Counted from the whole stretch's first letter, positions 22,650 through 35,749 are shown. The stretch: DNA of 63,120 nucleotides, filler included, from Craspedostauros australis (GCA_030167865.1; 6 parts of 6 records of this genome joined end to end with filler, not necessarily neighbours in it); one strand, 5' to 3'. Made by a program: numbers and translations. Notes: generated by a model from the letters alone, not told the origin.

Positions 22650-23342
22650 CTAGACCGTCATGACTTCCTTCTCCTTGGAGGACACGATCGTATCGATCTC
22701 CTTGGTCTTGCTGTCGGTCATTTTCTGCATGCTGTCGAGGCCGTCCTTCATCTCGTCCTCGCCGATATCACCTTTCTTCTCCATCTTCTTGATGCTGTCC
22801 ACGCCATCCCGTCGGATGTTGCGAATGGCGACCTTGCCGTCCTCGCCGATGGCCTTGCACTGCTTGAGCATCTCCTTTCTTCTCTCCTCCGTGAGCGCGG
22901 GGATGTTGAGGCGGATGAGGGAGCCATCATTCTGCGGGGTGAGGCCGAGGTCGGACTCGACGAGGGCACGTTCGATGTCACCGATGACGGACTTGTCGTA
23001 CGGATCGATGGAGAGCTGCTGCGCGGATGGTACGGCGATGGAGGCCATCTGGTTGAGCGGGGTCGGGGCGCCGTAGTAATCGACCTTGACTCTGTCGAGC
23101 ATCGAGGCGGATGCACGTCCTGTGCGGATGGTGTTGAGGTTGACCTTGACGGAGTCAACTGACTTGCCCATGCGCTCGTCAGAATCCATGGTCACCTCGT
23201 CGACGCTCTCGGCGAACAATTGTGAGCCGACGCAGTTGGTGACGCGGTGGGCTCCGATGAACGCGGTGGATGGTGCGCTTGGTGCGAATGCCGCGACGGC
23301 GGATGCCATTGAGAGGCAGATGATGACACTGGAGAGCTTCAT
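22650..23342 (-). CDS. frr: Ribosome recycling factor, plastid-targeted
   Basis: IRTGRASASMLDRVKVDYYGAPTPL, LTEERRKEM, KVAIRNIRRD. Bipartite presequence ...AVAA-FAP. Confidence 0.96.
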   Translation of the reverse strand: MKLSSVIICLSMASAVAAFAPSAPSTAFIGAHRVTNCVGSQLFAESVDEVTMDSDERMGKSVDSVKVNLNTIRTGRASASMLDRVKVDYYGAPTPLNQMASIAVPSAQQLSIDPYDKSVIGDIERALVESDLGLTPQNDGSLIRLNIPALTEERRKEMLKQCKAIGEDGKVAIRNIRRDGVDSIKKMEKKGDIGEDEMKDGLDSMQKMTDSKTKEIDTIVSSKEKEVMTV

Positions 23343-24149
23343 GGTGATTCAGTTGTTGGAATGGGAGGTCGATGGAGGACAATGGAATACTCTAGTTCAT
23401 GCAGTGTCGTATGTAATGCTTTGTTGGGTTGCTGCCGCGAGAACGATCGTTACTGATTCGGGGACGTTTCTGAGAACGTGGGGACGGCGGTGTAATCGTA
23501 GACAGATCTGGCACAAGCACGATCGGAAGAACCGGACAATACCATCCCAAGATCGCATCAACAGGAGGGGCTGCTGTGGTTGTTGCTCGTCAGCAAGCCA
23601 TCGGCGGATCTCCATTTCGTTCATCAGGGAATGCTGTGATACCATCATTGACTACATATTACGTTCATTTCACGAACTGTAAGTAGTATCGTCGTGACAT
23701 ACATAGATTTGATGTGCACAACATGAGTCGCTTTGGCATTTTAACAGGAATTTATTAATTTACACGAAATACCATGTTGCATCGTGTCGTTGTTTCCCAG
23801 GTGTCAGCGATCCTGTTTGGCTGACGTCAGGGGTGCTTGACCACCACGACCCATCACATCACCAAAGATCGCGTCTCTGTTTCCCTCCGTCCGCATCTTC
23901 TTCGTTGCTGGAACATACGACTACTCACCCACCACAACCGACGAAGCACAACGAGAGAAGTAGTCGCATGTCGTTCGAATTGTATGTTTTTGCCTGCAAC
24001 GTGACAGTTGTAACTGCAACAATACGAGCTACCAGCACAACATTCGCACCGCACTGGAATTCGATGATATAGCACGTTCAACAGAACCGCACTGCATCAG
24101 AATCAACACCAGCATCAGCAACATCGCGACTATTGCGACCATTGCGAGG

Positions 24150-27146
24150 ATGGCAAAGATGACAAAGATGAAGAGCACGGCTGGAGTTGCCATCAGAACG
24201 CACTGGCAATGGCCAAGGTGCGCTTCATCATTGGCGCCGTTCAAAGATGTTGGTTGTCGCGAGCAGTGCACAACTGCTGTGTCGGATGGCAGTGTAGATG
24301 AACAAAGCGGCGCGCAGACGGTAAAATGGAGCCCATTGCTGTCACGGCCACGGTCATCGCTCAACCATTTCCGTAGGGATCTCCCATCGTCATCCAGATT
24401 TGCCAGGTCAACAATAACTGCGGTCGTCGCGACGCTTCCGGAGTCGCAGCTCGCCACGCCATCAAAGATATCGGCGGTTCCTTCATTTGGCCAGCGATGC
24501 TGCTATTCGTCAACAAAGATGGCAGGATCGGGTGTCAAGATTCCTCCCCGGGCACTTGCGGAGCTGGAGGAAAGCATGTACTCCGCTGTCAGCCGTGACG
24601 TGAAAGATCCGCAACTGGGGAAAGACCTGAAGTCATTGAAATGGCTGAGCAGGCGAGTGGCCGTCTCCGACGACGGGACAGTCCAAATTTTGCTGAATGT
24701 GCCCACGTTGCTGCATCCATCATTGGAGGATCTCAAAACGAGTGTGCAGCAATCAGCCCTCAAAGTCATTCAATCATGGATATCCAAACACTCGCTCACC
24801 TTCGATGCCAAAGCCAATGTCCAGGTTCTACCTCAAAAGGCCATGCCGTGGATGGTGGACTCTGATCAGAGCTACAAGGAAATCGAACAACGCTTGGGCC
24901 CTGGTCTCAAGAACGTCTCGCACTTCCTCGCAGTCTACAGCTGCAAGGGTGGTGTGGGCAAATCCACCATCGCAGCCAATTTGGCATACGAACTGGCTCG
25001 TATGGGAGGAAGGGTCGGCTTGCTCGATGTCGATGTCTACGGTCCAAGTCTTCCAGTCTTGGTGCAGCCGGATGATCCTGCCGTCCGGCAATCGCCTTTG
25101 GGATCGAGCATGGTGTATCCTATCCAGCACAAGGGGATCAAGATGCTCTCCCTCGGTTTCGTGTCGCCCCAGGTAAGCGGCATTTTCGATTGGTCGATCA
25201 GCGCCTTACATTTGTTGTGTCCTGTGTTGGCGATCAAAAGATGCATTGCAGAGAGAGCGAGAGAGAGCGATGTCGATTGAAGCGTGTTGTGGCAGACTCA
25301 TCGATGCGGCATGCAATCGTGATGGATGTACCAGAGCGTGCAATGAGAAAGCGACTTGAGACTTCATTGCATTTGGTGTGGAGGAGTATGTGTCCACCGC
25401 GTTCCCACGGGCGCGCAAGTACTCATATCTGATTCTCACCTGAATCCAACTCGTCGACAATTTATTTTTCTATCTTCTGTTCCGGTATGACTTAATAGAG
25501 CGGTGTGCCAGGAAGTGGGTCCGCGGGCGAAGCCGCTGTCATGAGAGGACCCATGGCTGGTCGGGTGGTTGCACAGTTGTAAGTGTTATTCTGCGTGTTG
25601 GAAGCGCGTGCGCACATCTTGGTTCTCGTTTCTGCTTGTCGAGGTCGCATGCATGTTTCACTCTCCTGATATTGCACGTTCTCCCTTTTACTCCGACAAT
25701 TGCGATCCAGCTCACCATGGCGTAATTGATGTTGCATCGCTCATCGCTACGCTTGCGGTTGCTGCGACGTGATATTGACTACTGTTGCGCTCCCCGCGCC
25801 ACTCACCCCCGTCATACTCGTACCTTTGATTTTTGAACTGTCGCAGATTGAAGGGCACTGATTGGGGCGAACTGGATGTCCTCATCCTCGACCTCCCGCC
25901 CGGAACCGGCGACGTGCAGCTCGCAGTGTGTCAGGATCTTCAGCTCAGTGGTGCTGTCAGCGTGACGACGCCATCAAAGCTCGCTGTCACAGATGCGAGG
26001 AAGGGAATTGAAATGTTCTCCACTCTGGGCGTCCGTACCATCGCGGTGGTTGAGAATATGTCATACTTTGAGGTGAGAGCTTGATACTTTCCGCCTGTGT
26101 GGATGTTTGTTTACTTGCGTGCGTGCGTGCAATGGGGCGAGAATTCTACTAGTGGCCTACTCGCACCGAGCTCGTAGCCTGGGTTACATGCTTGTTATAC
26201 ACACATGTGTTGGTATGTCTGGGAATCCTGGCGGGCGTGTTGAGGAAGATGGCAGAGTCGTGTGTTTTGAACGACGGTACTTCCTGACGGGGGTTCCATT
26301 GATCAATGTATGCATGCACGTATGCCATCTGAACTTTCCAAGTCCTATTTTCATTTCGATGGATCCATAATCGCGATGCAACCACTCGTACGCACCCACA
26401 TGCACGCGCTCCACTGGTCGCCGCTCTCCCTGTTCTGACTGTTGCCAATGCTTCAGTGCGAGGGTGGTGGGAAGCATTATCCATTCGGCAGGGGGTTCAA
26501 AGAGTTTCTCGAGGATGGGACAGAGCACCTGGACATCAATCGAACGAACATATGCCAGTTGCCAATCTCCGAAATCACCAACGATGCGACAGATGCAGGC
26601 GTACCGCTCTGCCTGTCACGCCCAGACGTTGCGCAACGCGAGCTGGACGCATTCGGCGAACTCGCAAAGATTGTCGCGCGGGAGCTGTTCCAACTGCCGC
26701 ACAAGAAAACCGAGAGCCAGCAGTTCGTGAAGTTCGAAGGCACGGATGACACCTTCGACATCGTCTCGCTGCAGCTATCATTGGACAAGGATGGTGACAT
26801 TTCGCTGCGTGCATTTTCCGAAAAGGGCGCGGTGCAGAAGAAGGTCGATCCTTTCGAGCTGCGTTCACGTGACCCGAAGACGGGCGCTAAGGAAGATGCG
26901 ACAACAGAGAAGTCCACCGACGCATCATCAACTGCATCGCAAGGGGGTCAAAAAGATGGCGGTGCTGCTGGCGCTCCCGTGATCAGCCTCTACAGCGCAT
27001 CCGAGGCAAGCGAAAAGAAAAAGACAATCCCAGTGTCTGTGGAGAAGAAGGGTGGATACGGGTACGCGGTGGAATGGGCAGATGGTGCCACTTACATCTA
27101 CAGTTTGGTGGCCATCGCAGTGGGCTCTGGAGGTAGTTTAGTCTGA
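24150..27146 (+). CDS. HCF101: HCF101-type Mrp/NBP35 Fe-S scaffold ATPase; exons 24150-25172, 25499-25578, 25847-26072, 26457-27146
   Basis: DUF59-like VKDPQLGKDL; SCKGGVGKST, DVDVYGPS, MRGPM, DWGELDVLILDLPPGTGD, VVENMSYF; C-terminal DUF971-like GGYGYAVEWADG. All three GT-AG introns are phase-compatible. Start codon uncertain. Confidence 0.88.
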
Positions 27147-27992
27147 AAGGGTTGGCTGAAAACTGGATCAGGCGTGCACCCTCCACGAGCGTATGTACCA
27201 GTACATACTAGTGTTCGTAGGTACCATGTGTACACAAGTAGCTGTACACCATGTACGAGTAAGGCCGAGAATCTGGCGCTCTGGTGATCACTACAAGTCG
27301 TACTCTGCAACAAAACAAACGAGAGCGTTTCGCCTTAGAACGAGCAGGACAGAGAGTATTGTATAATATAATATGTGTGAACAAATGTATGTTACACTAT
27401 ATTCTGTATGTTCCTCTGGGCATGTTTTCAACAGGTAGGGTGATATGTACGCGAATGGTATGAGCGAGTGAGTGATTGACGGGTTGATGTGGACAAGAGG
27501 CGAAGGTTGGATTGTTGTTGGCGCTCCGTGAATCTCGGCGAGACTTGTGTTGCAGTGCGCGTGCAGAGGTGCTGCTCGGATTCGCCTTGGCCCATTCCAC
27601 GCTTCCCTTGTCCTCGGTATGGAAAAAAAGTAAGTATACATGTCTGGTTGAGACCGTTTTGTTGCGTTGATAGCAGATGTCGCTCTCCCTCGTTCTCCTC
27701 TTTGAAATTTAGAATCCTCCAGTTGTATGGTGTGTATTCGCACGTTGTAAAAGATGATAATGATGGCAGTGTTGCGGTTGTTTGGATATTGGTGTGGTAT
27801 GACGTGCGCCAGCGTTGTTCATCGGCATGCCCTCTCTCTTTCTCTCTGCGTCGCGCTGTTTAGCGTAAATGGTAAATGTAGTCTATGGTGCGGTAGCCTT
27901 GTGGTGGGCAGAATGTCCTGGCAACGCTCGTTTTCTTATCCCCAGCGACCCTATCTGTCGACGAGTACTGAGGATTCAAAACGAGCGACGGA

Positions 27993-30752
27993 TTACGATA
28001 GATACAGTCCGATATGTGCCGAACCTGCCGTGGATGGCGATCCTGTGGATGCACTTCGTTGTCGATGGCTGAGTTCCCCCAAGATGTTGGCATCCGGAAA
28101 GTACTGGTCCATCGAGCCTACGGCGTACTCATGTGGTGATGAAGACCACCCTGCCGCTTCGGCAGCGACGTCTTGATGTGATCCCATCGCTGGCGTTGCT
28201 GATGCCAAGTGCTCGCGGGCGTGGCGATATGGGTTAGTGGGATGAATCCTTGTGTCGCCAGCGTTGCCAGTTGACAAGGACATGAACCCTGGAGGGTGTT
28301 GGTACTCATCTTGCTGGTGATGATGATAGCTATTGTGTCCTGCCTGCTGTGAGGGCGTCCCAAGGTCGTGGTACGATGGCTGGTTGTGCTGGAATGGCTG
28401 TGACTGATGGTGGCCGTAGTACTGGCTCTGATCGAGATAACCCGATGAGTTCTGCTGCTGCTGTTGTTGTAGGTGCTGCGGATAATGGCCGCCGATAGGT
28501 TCAAGACCACTGGTTCTCATGTTGATACCCATCGCCATCCCAGCTCCAGTGCCGGATACATTGCTGTATGGACCTGAGCGTGAATCTCCGTAGACGCTGT
28601 TGTCGTAGTACAGCGTCTGTGTGTCGTTTGGGTTCTGGCCTCGCGCAGGTTGACGTGAATGCGACGAAGCGGCGTCAGAACCATGGTTGATGGAGGCGGC
28701 CTTGGTGCCGTACCTGGTTCTTGTTGGTGGCGTCGATGCTTGCGATGAAGGACGATCCTCGTCGTTGAGATCGTCGATGTCATAGCCCTCCTCCTGCGGG
28801 ATCTCTTCTGTTGTGTCCAGCATCGTGAGCAACGCAGATGTCATGCGAGACAGCCCTTCGTCGACCTCTCTCGGTGGTTGCTGCTGGCGCTGCTGCTTTC
28901 CATGTCTTCTGCCATGGAAGGACCCGGCAGGTTGTCGGTTGCCCGGCAGCGCCCCATCGTCAGAGTGGAGTTGATCGCCAAACTCGGGGACGCTGCTGCT
29001 CTTCTGTAGCTGGCTTGAGGCGTGCGATCGGGTATGATCGAACGAGACCGATCGACGCCCCCGGCCCCATGTCGAGCTACGGGAGGGCGTGGTCGAGCTT
29101 GATGAGAAACTCGTGCCTGTATGTGTTCCGGTGACCCGGTTGGTGATGGGAGGGAACGCGGAATCGTACCGCGGAGCTGCACCATCCCCTTGCGACGCAC
29201 CAGTAATAACCCCACCGCTTGGTGCATTGTGGTGATGGGTCGGCGGGCGCTGGGTTGCCGGCAGACTCTTTGAACGAGAATGGTCGCTGGCATTGCCCGA
29301 TGCGAAAGATGGGGTGTTGCCTGTGCTGTTGTCCGCACCGAATGTCCCCATAGCGCCAGTGCTGCCGTTTGCTGCGCTGGCCAACGCAGCGATGCTACCG
29401 TTACTGTGGCGGCTCGTCCACAGAGTGCTGGTGGAATCACCATGGGGCATATACAGGTCAGCATTCGATGTCATCGTGTCGTACGACGAGGCGATGGAAG
29501 TGGATGATGTTGATGATGCCACTTCGCGACAGAGGATCAGAGGCTTCCCAACTCCGTCGCTGCTTGGCGTCTGTGGTATGACGGACGTCTGCGAACCAGG
29601 CGAATGCTGAGGTTGTTCGTGCATGCTGCCGGCGTTGTCGTTGTTCTCCTTGTGACCGTTGCCGCCGCTGCTGCTGTCATTATTGTTGCTTGGACTCTCC
29701 GATGAAGTCTGCGGCACGGCGATCATGGGAGCCGATGATATCGAATCGTCAAGCGACATGAAGGAAACCGATCCATTGGGCATGACGAAATGGGCATGTT
29801 GGAAGTTGGCCTGGAGGGGAGTGACATAGTGGAGCTTGCTGGGGTTGTTCGGACCAGGGGATTGGTGCACATGAATAGGGTGCTTGTGCTGACTGGTGTT
29901 CGGCCGGCTACCGCTACTGCTGCCGCTACCGTCACCACGAGTTCTGCCGTTCTTGTTCAAACCTGCAGTATTTTGCGCCAAAACGTCCAGGGCAGAACGT
30001 GCCTGATTACTGTTTGCAGTTTTGTTGATGTTGTCGATCGCATCATGTTGCGAGCCAGGCTCCCCAGTTTGCACGATGCGAACTGGGTGATGGTATCGAC
30101 ACGTCGCACCGAATCTGCATCTACCGTGTTTGAGAAAGTAAGCGCAGTTCGGTTCGTTGGGCCTTTGCGGGAGGATCTGCACGTTGGGGTCCGATGCCCA
30201 TGTGTTGCCGTTGCTGTTGTTGAGATGGTTTTGGTTGTGATGGAAGTTGTGTAGTGCGGAAGAAGAAGAAGACGACGATGAGGAGAGAATTGTGTGGTTC
30301 TGCCGCAAGTCGGCTGTTCCGTTCAGATCCCCGATGTTCATGACAGCGCCACCTCCCCCAAGCGCAATGAATGAAGTCGCAGGCTTGTGGTGGATGCCAT
30401 GGTGTCCCGTGCTCCCAGCCGAACCACCACCGCTACCGTTACCGTTGCCGGTATTGCCACCGTGAGCATTGATGTTGTTTAACTCTGGTGGGTGGTGGAA
30501 GATGCATGACTGAGCGAACTTGCAAGTGCCATGTTTCATGTAGTACTGGCAAATAGGTTCGGTGGGACGGATGGGGAACATTGGTTCGTTGGGGTCCGTG
30601 GGCGTCTTCATCCCTCCACCGCTCTGCACGTTCGGGGGATGAAAGTACTTGCAGGAGATGCCGTACTTGCAACGACCCGTCCGGAGGTAATCCCTGCAAT
30701 CCTCCCGGGCCATGGCCGAGCTGCGGCGTGTAGATTGTGCGGGAACAGACAT
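27993..30752 (-). CDS. CCCH-type zinc-finger (RNA-binding) protein, 919 aa
   Basis: Three C-x8-C-x5-C-x3-H fingers (CRDYLRTGRCKYGISCKYFH, CQYYMKHGTCKFAQSCIFHH, CAYFLKHGRCRFGATCRYHH), two with PxRP leaders, plus a long low-complexity tail. Confidence 0.92.
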   Translation of the reverse strand: MSVPAQSTRRSSAMAREDCRDYLRTGRCKYGISCKYFHPPNVQSGGGMKTPTDPNEPMFPIRPTEPICQYYMKHGTCKFAQSCIFHHPPELNNINAHGGNTGNGNGSGGGSAGSTGHHGIHHKPATSFIALGGGGAVMNIGDLNGTADLRQNHTILSSSSSSSSSALHNFHHNQNHLNNSNGNTWASDPNVQILPQRPNEPNCAYFLKHGRCRFGATCRYHHPVRIVQTGEPGSQHDAIDNINKTANSNQARSALDVLAQNTAGLNKNGRTRGDGSGSSSGSRPNTSQHKHPIHVHQSPGPNNPSKLHYVTPLQANFQHAHFVMPNGSVSFMSLDDSISSAPMIAVPQTSSESPSNNNDSSSGGNGHKENNDNAGSMHEQPQHSPGSQTSVIPQTPSSDGVGKPLILCREVASSTSSTSIASSYDTMTSNADLYMPHGDSTSTLWTSRHSNGSIAALASAANGSTGAMGTFGADNSTGNTPSFASGNASDHSRSKSLPATQRPPTHHHNAPSGGVITGASQGDGAAPRYDSAFPPITNRVTGTHTGTSFSSSSTTPSRSSTWGRGRRSVSFDHTRSHASSQLQKSSSVPEFGDQLHSDDGALPGNRQPAGSFHGRRHGKQQRQQQPPREVDEGLSRMTSALLTMLDTTEEIPQEEGYDIDDLNDEDRPSSQASTPPTRTRYGTKAASINHGSDAASSHSRQPARGQNPNDTQTLYYDNSVYGDSRSGPYSNVSGTGAGMAMGINMRTSGLEPIGGHYPQHLQQQQQQNSSGYLDQSQYYGHHQSQPFQHNQPSYHDLGTPSQQAGHNSYHHHQQDEYQHPPGFMSLSTGNAGDTRIHPTNPYRHAREHLASATPAMGSHQDVAAEAAGWSSSPHEYAVGSMDQYFPDANILGELSHRQRSASTGSPSTAGSAHIGLYLS

Positions 30753-33700
30753 GCTGGTCGATGTGGTTGCTTGCTTGCTTGCCTGACCTGGTTTGCTTTG
30801 GCCTGAGGATGGTGTGGAGTGTTCGTCTCAGCCTGCCTTCGCTTTACCCTTGTTTTTGCGAGGTGTTCTCCACAAGAGTATTCTGCTCGACGCTCCTCTC
30901 CTCTGCTCTGCTCTCTTTAGACTCCTCCCCCTTGAGTGTCTATTATATTATATTATATTATGGAATATAATATAATAGAGCAGGTGTGTAGTATAGTTTG
31001 TGGTCGGATGTGAGTGGGCGCCGGATGGACAAGGAGAGAAGGGATGGGGCGACCTCCCGTCTGGGTGCCCGCTTCCGCTTCTTTCGCAGGGGTTGTTGTG
31101 GCCGCCTCCCACGAGAGAGTCTGGCTTTTGGACAGGCCCACTCCTCCTCGGAGACGCCTTCTTCTTTTGTGGGTTGAGAATTTGTGGCTTCTGGAGTTCT
31201 GGTCGCAGCAACTGCGATTGTTCTTCACAATTGTAGCTCGTATCTATCGCGGACGTTGTTGATGTTGAAGTCGAAGTTGGAGCTGATGTCGAAGAATGGG
31301 ACAGAGATGTTGATGTTGATGAGGGTGGTGCGTCCGTGATGGTGAAGATGATGTCTCTGTCTCTGCAAGAGCTGTGTGATCTTGGGAACAAAGATCCGTC
31401 AGCTGAACTGCGCTGCACTGCACTGCACTCCACTACACTCTTCTGAGCGTCTGGTAGTATGGCAATATGACTATGTTGATGTCGATGTCGATCCCAACGT
31501 CCAGAGGCTTTTGGATGCAAGCAACCCGAGCAGCGACTGCTTCCCGTTCCCAAGGGGCTGACTACTCGTTTGGAAGATGACGACGACGACAACGACAACA
31601 ACAACAACAGCAGCCGTGGTTGTCTGCGTACTCGTATGGTGCTGGGACGGACTGACGATGGGATCCTTCTTCAGCCTTCGCCAACACTCAGCGCGCTGTC
31701 TCGCTGCCCTGTGCGCCGCCTGCCCTTGTGGCGAGACTTCTTCACTTGAGCGAGCTCCTGCGTCAGGGTCTGTCTTGGATGCGATGTGGAAGTCGACGCA
31801 TCAAGGCGTGAAGGCGTTGGAGAATATGTGAAGAGAAGATGCTCGTTTGTTGGTTGCCTTTGTTGCCTTTGTTGCCTTTGTGTTAGCTGGTGTGTCTGCT
31901 GGCGAAAATGAAGGGCTTGGTCTCCCCGAACTTTCCACGCGCCTCTGTTGCGGATGCTCAGCTCGTACTTCCAGTGGAGTTGTCTTCGTTGAGCTGTGGC
32001 GCAGTTCAAAACCAAGGTCGTGTGTCTTGTGTGCAGCGCTGCTCGTCCTGTGCGATGCTCTGAACTGTTCGATCGTATTCTGGAGGTTGTATTCTTCCTT
32101 TGCGCGTCTTGTGGTGCACTCGTACTGCCACAATACTCGTAAGGTTGATGGTGTGGAATCCTCTGCCGTGTCTGTGGTTGTTGCTGTGGTTGCTGCTGTG
32201 GTTGTTGCTGCTGCAATTCCTGGAATTCCTGCTGTCCCTGCTGCTCGGTGGCGATACTCCTGTGTCCCGTTGTTCGACACGGACTGGACTCTGTGACCCA
32301 GAAAGAGACACAGCCAGATGAGACGAAACGACTCAGCACTCTGCTTGTTGATACCGTGCTCGCGAGCGAGATTTTGAAAAGGTTCCTACTGTGACAACAA
32401 CGGTAACGGTGATACTCGTGTGAGGGGTGGATGTTCGGTGTTGGTCTGTCGTTGTCGTTGTTGTGCGTGTGCGTGTGTGGGTGTGGGTTTGTATCAATAA
32501 GCCGTATGTGTGGAACGAGCAGATCCAGTAGGAGGGGCAATGAGATCTCTGTGTGTGTTTGTGTCTGTGTCTGCGCCCGGAGCAGCTGCAGATGACGCGA
32601 CAGGAGTCGAAAGAACCTTCTCGTCTCTCTCTTCTGACCGAAGGTATCCAGGGAGGGAGAGCACAAGAGCGCAATCTTTCTTGCTTCTTCTCCGATTGAT
32701 GTTGCTGTGGTTGCGGTGTCGGTGACCGCTGCCGCTGTGGTATCGTCAAAGTCTGGGACAACAACAACAACAACAGCAACAAGGGGTCGCGCGCAACGGC
32801 ACGGATGCGCACACTGCGCCCACGAAAGCGAAGAAATGCGGAGGGAACCAAAAAGGACTACCTCCTCCACATAGCGTGTTGCGCGCACACGAAGAGGCAC
32901 GAAGACACGAACACATGAAGAAGACTCCCAAACACACGCGCTCTGCGACAGACAAAAGAAGGAAGAACAAAGGATCTTCCCTGTTCCTTGGCCGAATCAC
33001 ACCATCACGCGCGCTATCCATCCACGATGGCAGCGACAAATTGTCCGCGTCACACAGTGTTCGACTTGTCCAAAACTTCCACTCGTGTCCCGCTTTCTCA
33101 TTCTTCCTTCGAATTGTGCGCACTGCGTTTCCGCAACACACACACGCGGCGCATCTTCCTTGTGTGTGTTGCGAAAATCGGAATTGTACACTCCAATGCT
33201 TGGTCGCCATTTCGCCAGCAGACGCGCGCTACCTTCGAACCAGTTTGAATCGTGCCTTTTCTGCGCGTTCAAACCGCAAAATAACGTTGGTTGAAGCCAA
33301 GATGCGCCTGCTCGTCGTTGATGACGCATCGTGTTCGAAGAACCTTGTGAAGAAAATGATGACGCCATCATGTTCGACTGCGGCGTGGCGTACGCGTGAT
33401 CCAGACTCTCATTCGTGGACGTCCAAGGCCCAATGAAAGCAGCCACCCGGTACACGTCTGGGAAATTGACAGATGGAAGGGAAACTGTCGTTGTCAGATC
33501 GTCATCAATGTCCCATGAGGCGCAAACGCGACTGGAATCACTCTTGGTGGCAAAAGCACTTCGCAATCTGCGTTCGTCGCTCGGGATAATCCGTGACTTC
33601 CCGCGACCCATACAACCATGACTCAACAAATCCAAATTCAGATTTAGTCGAAGTTGTCATGGAACAGAGTTGAAGAACTTGCCTTCTTGTCATAGTTTGA

Positions 33701-34454
33701 CATGTCGCAAAGGACATGTGCATCGACGTCGCTTGCGACGAAGCGTTGTTCGTTCCTTCTTTTGCTCTCTCTGGGGAGAAACCAACGGAAGTGCAAAACG
33801 AGAACAGCGACATCAACGCAGCAACAGGAAAGAAGGATCTGACTGAGTCATTTCAAGACCACGATCCTACGTGTGGTTGGTGATGGTTTTCGTTGCTCCA
33901 TGATCGGAACTTTGCGCACACTTGTTGTGTGTATTGGCATGCCTGGAGACGAACACAAAAGTGAAAATGGATCGCTCTCGCACATGCGGCGCACTTTCTG
34001 GGCGCGTAACGACCACTGTTGCGCGCGGAATGGTGCGAAAACGGTCTCGCGAAGAGCCTGAGCGTCCAGGGTTGACGGCAAGCTCGACGACAATGGCAAC
34101 ACAGGAGAGTCGGGCCACATCCATCGCCGCTACGTCGCCAGCACGACAAGAACCACTTCCTCCCTCAAGGCCGATCTCCGAGAAGCGCTCTGGCGCAAGG
34201 ACCGCCCTCATAGCCAGGGTAGGAGACGACAGGACAGGAACCGCGAGTCATGCCAAGTACTCCGCGGAATGGTGAGCCGCTCTTATCTTGTTGCCAGGAT
34301 GGTCACGTGTGTGGATCACGTGGTTGCGGCGGGATTGCGGGAGCAATGATGATTGCGCTGTTGCCTGGCTGTGATCGCATTTGTCGTCGTCGATGATGGA
34401 GCAACGCAGCATCGCAGCATGGTTGTGCATATTCAATGCAAAAGAGGGAACACA

Positions 34455-34517
34455 CTGCTTCAGTCCAAAACAATGAAGCGGTGTGTTGCCTGTCTTGTTT
34501 TGGATATTGATATCCAT
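34455..34517 (-). pseudogene. Isolated ankyrin-repeat fragment
   Basis: Translates DINIQNKTGNTPLHC, the canonical ankyrin consensus, with no flanking coding context. Confidence 0.35.
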
Positions 34518-35354
34518 GCTGGATCTTTTATACTATTAATCCTTGTGGTACGGGCTTGGTGCAGGCATGTTACTGGCGCGGTGGCGATCCGAATGATTCG
34601 CTTGCCCTGTTTCTTCCTCTCCTTTCCGTTCGCTTCTTCTCCCATTCTCGCCCAAGTTCATGGCACCAGCAAGATCCCACACTGCCCCAATGCGACGTCG
34701 TCTCCAACAGAAGCCGACATCGAGATAACGAAGAACATACATTTGCACATGCATCTGCGTGTGTGCGTTCGTTCGTTCTCAGGCACTGCACAAGCACACT
34801 CTATGTACACTGCTCTCCACCTTTTGAGATCTCAGCCACAGCAGGCATCTATCTCAACAGGAAGAACTGGAAAGGCCCGTGCCATCACAAAAGGGAACAG
34901 CCGATACAGGACAATCACGAGCGATGATCCTGACATAGCAGCATTCCTTTCCCTCCCTCTATCTATCTCTAAAGAGAGCGAAAGAAAGAAAGTATTCCTC
35001 CGTTGTGAAATGATTTCCACTTATCTTTTTTGTGACATGTGTTGAGACACCAAAGACGTCATCAAAAGTGGGGGTTGCGGTAACCAAATTGCCTGTTTTT
35101 AGTGAATCTTCCTTCCTTCGAAACTGGCGCGCTCGTCATTGGTCTCTGACAGCGCCAGGTACCACGACAGCAGAATGCGATACCATTCTGTGTGTCGCTC
35201 CGACAGGCTTTTATCATCGATGCGTTCCGTCCCTCCCCTCTGTTCGTGGATGTCTTCCCGCAATTCTGTGTCGTGACGTCACATCAGGTGTTCGGAAGCG
35301 TTCATAATTGTTAATTTTCTTATGTTTTGGATGATGCAGCTGTCAGAAATGTGC

Positions 35355-35454
35355 NNNNNNNNNNNNNNNNNNNNNNNNNNNNNNNNNNNNNNNNNNNNTT
35401 AATTAATTAANNNNNNNNNNNNNNNNNNNNNNNNNNNNNNNNNNNNNNNNNNNN
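35355..35454. other. Assembly gap spacer
   Basis: 44N-TTAATTAATTAA-44N. Confidence 0.95.
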
Positions 35455-35631
35455 ACAGCAGATGAGGAGGAAATCGCGCTGCAACAAGAAGAAAACGAAG
35501 CATCGGAGCAAATTGCGTGCGAGACACAAACAATGAAGAAGAATACGGAATCTCCGGAGTTGGTGGAACAAAATGTGAGAACACAATTGCTTCGGCGAGT
35601 CAGAACCGCAATGGAGGGACTAAAAAAATAA
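35455..35631 (+). CDS. 3' end of an ORF truncated by the gap (possibly transposon-encoded)
   Basis: Open frame TADEEEIALQQEENEASEQ...LLRRVRTAMEGLKK*, directly upstream of repeat copies 2 and 3. Confidence 0.35.
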   Translation, partial: TADEEEIALQQEENEASEQIACETQTMKKNTESPELVEQNVRTQLLRRVRTAMEGLKK

Positions 35632-35749
35632 ATTAGCCCTGCAATTGACATCGATATTTTTTCTTTTGGTGATACGAATCAAGGCACAAAGACACTGAAT
35701 CTGGCCGTTGTGCGCTAGTCGTGTCTAGATGAGCGCGAAATCGATGGGT

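Noticed and set aside
31671..32900. 409-aa minus-strand ORF
   Set aside because: Non-ATG start, microsatellite-derived composition, no domain or codon bias.
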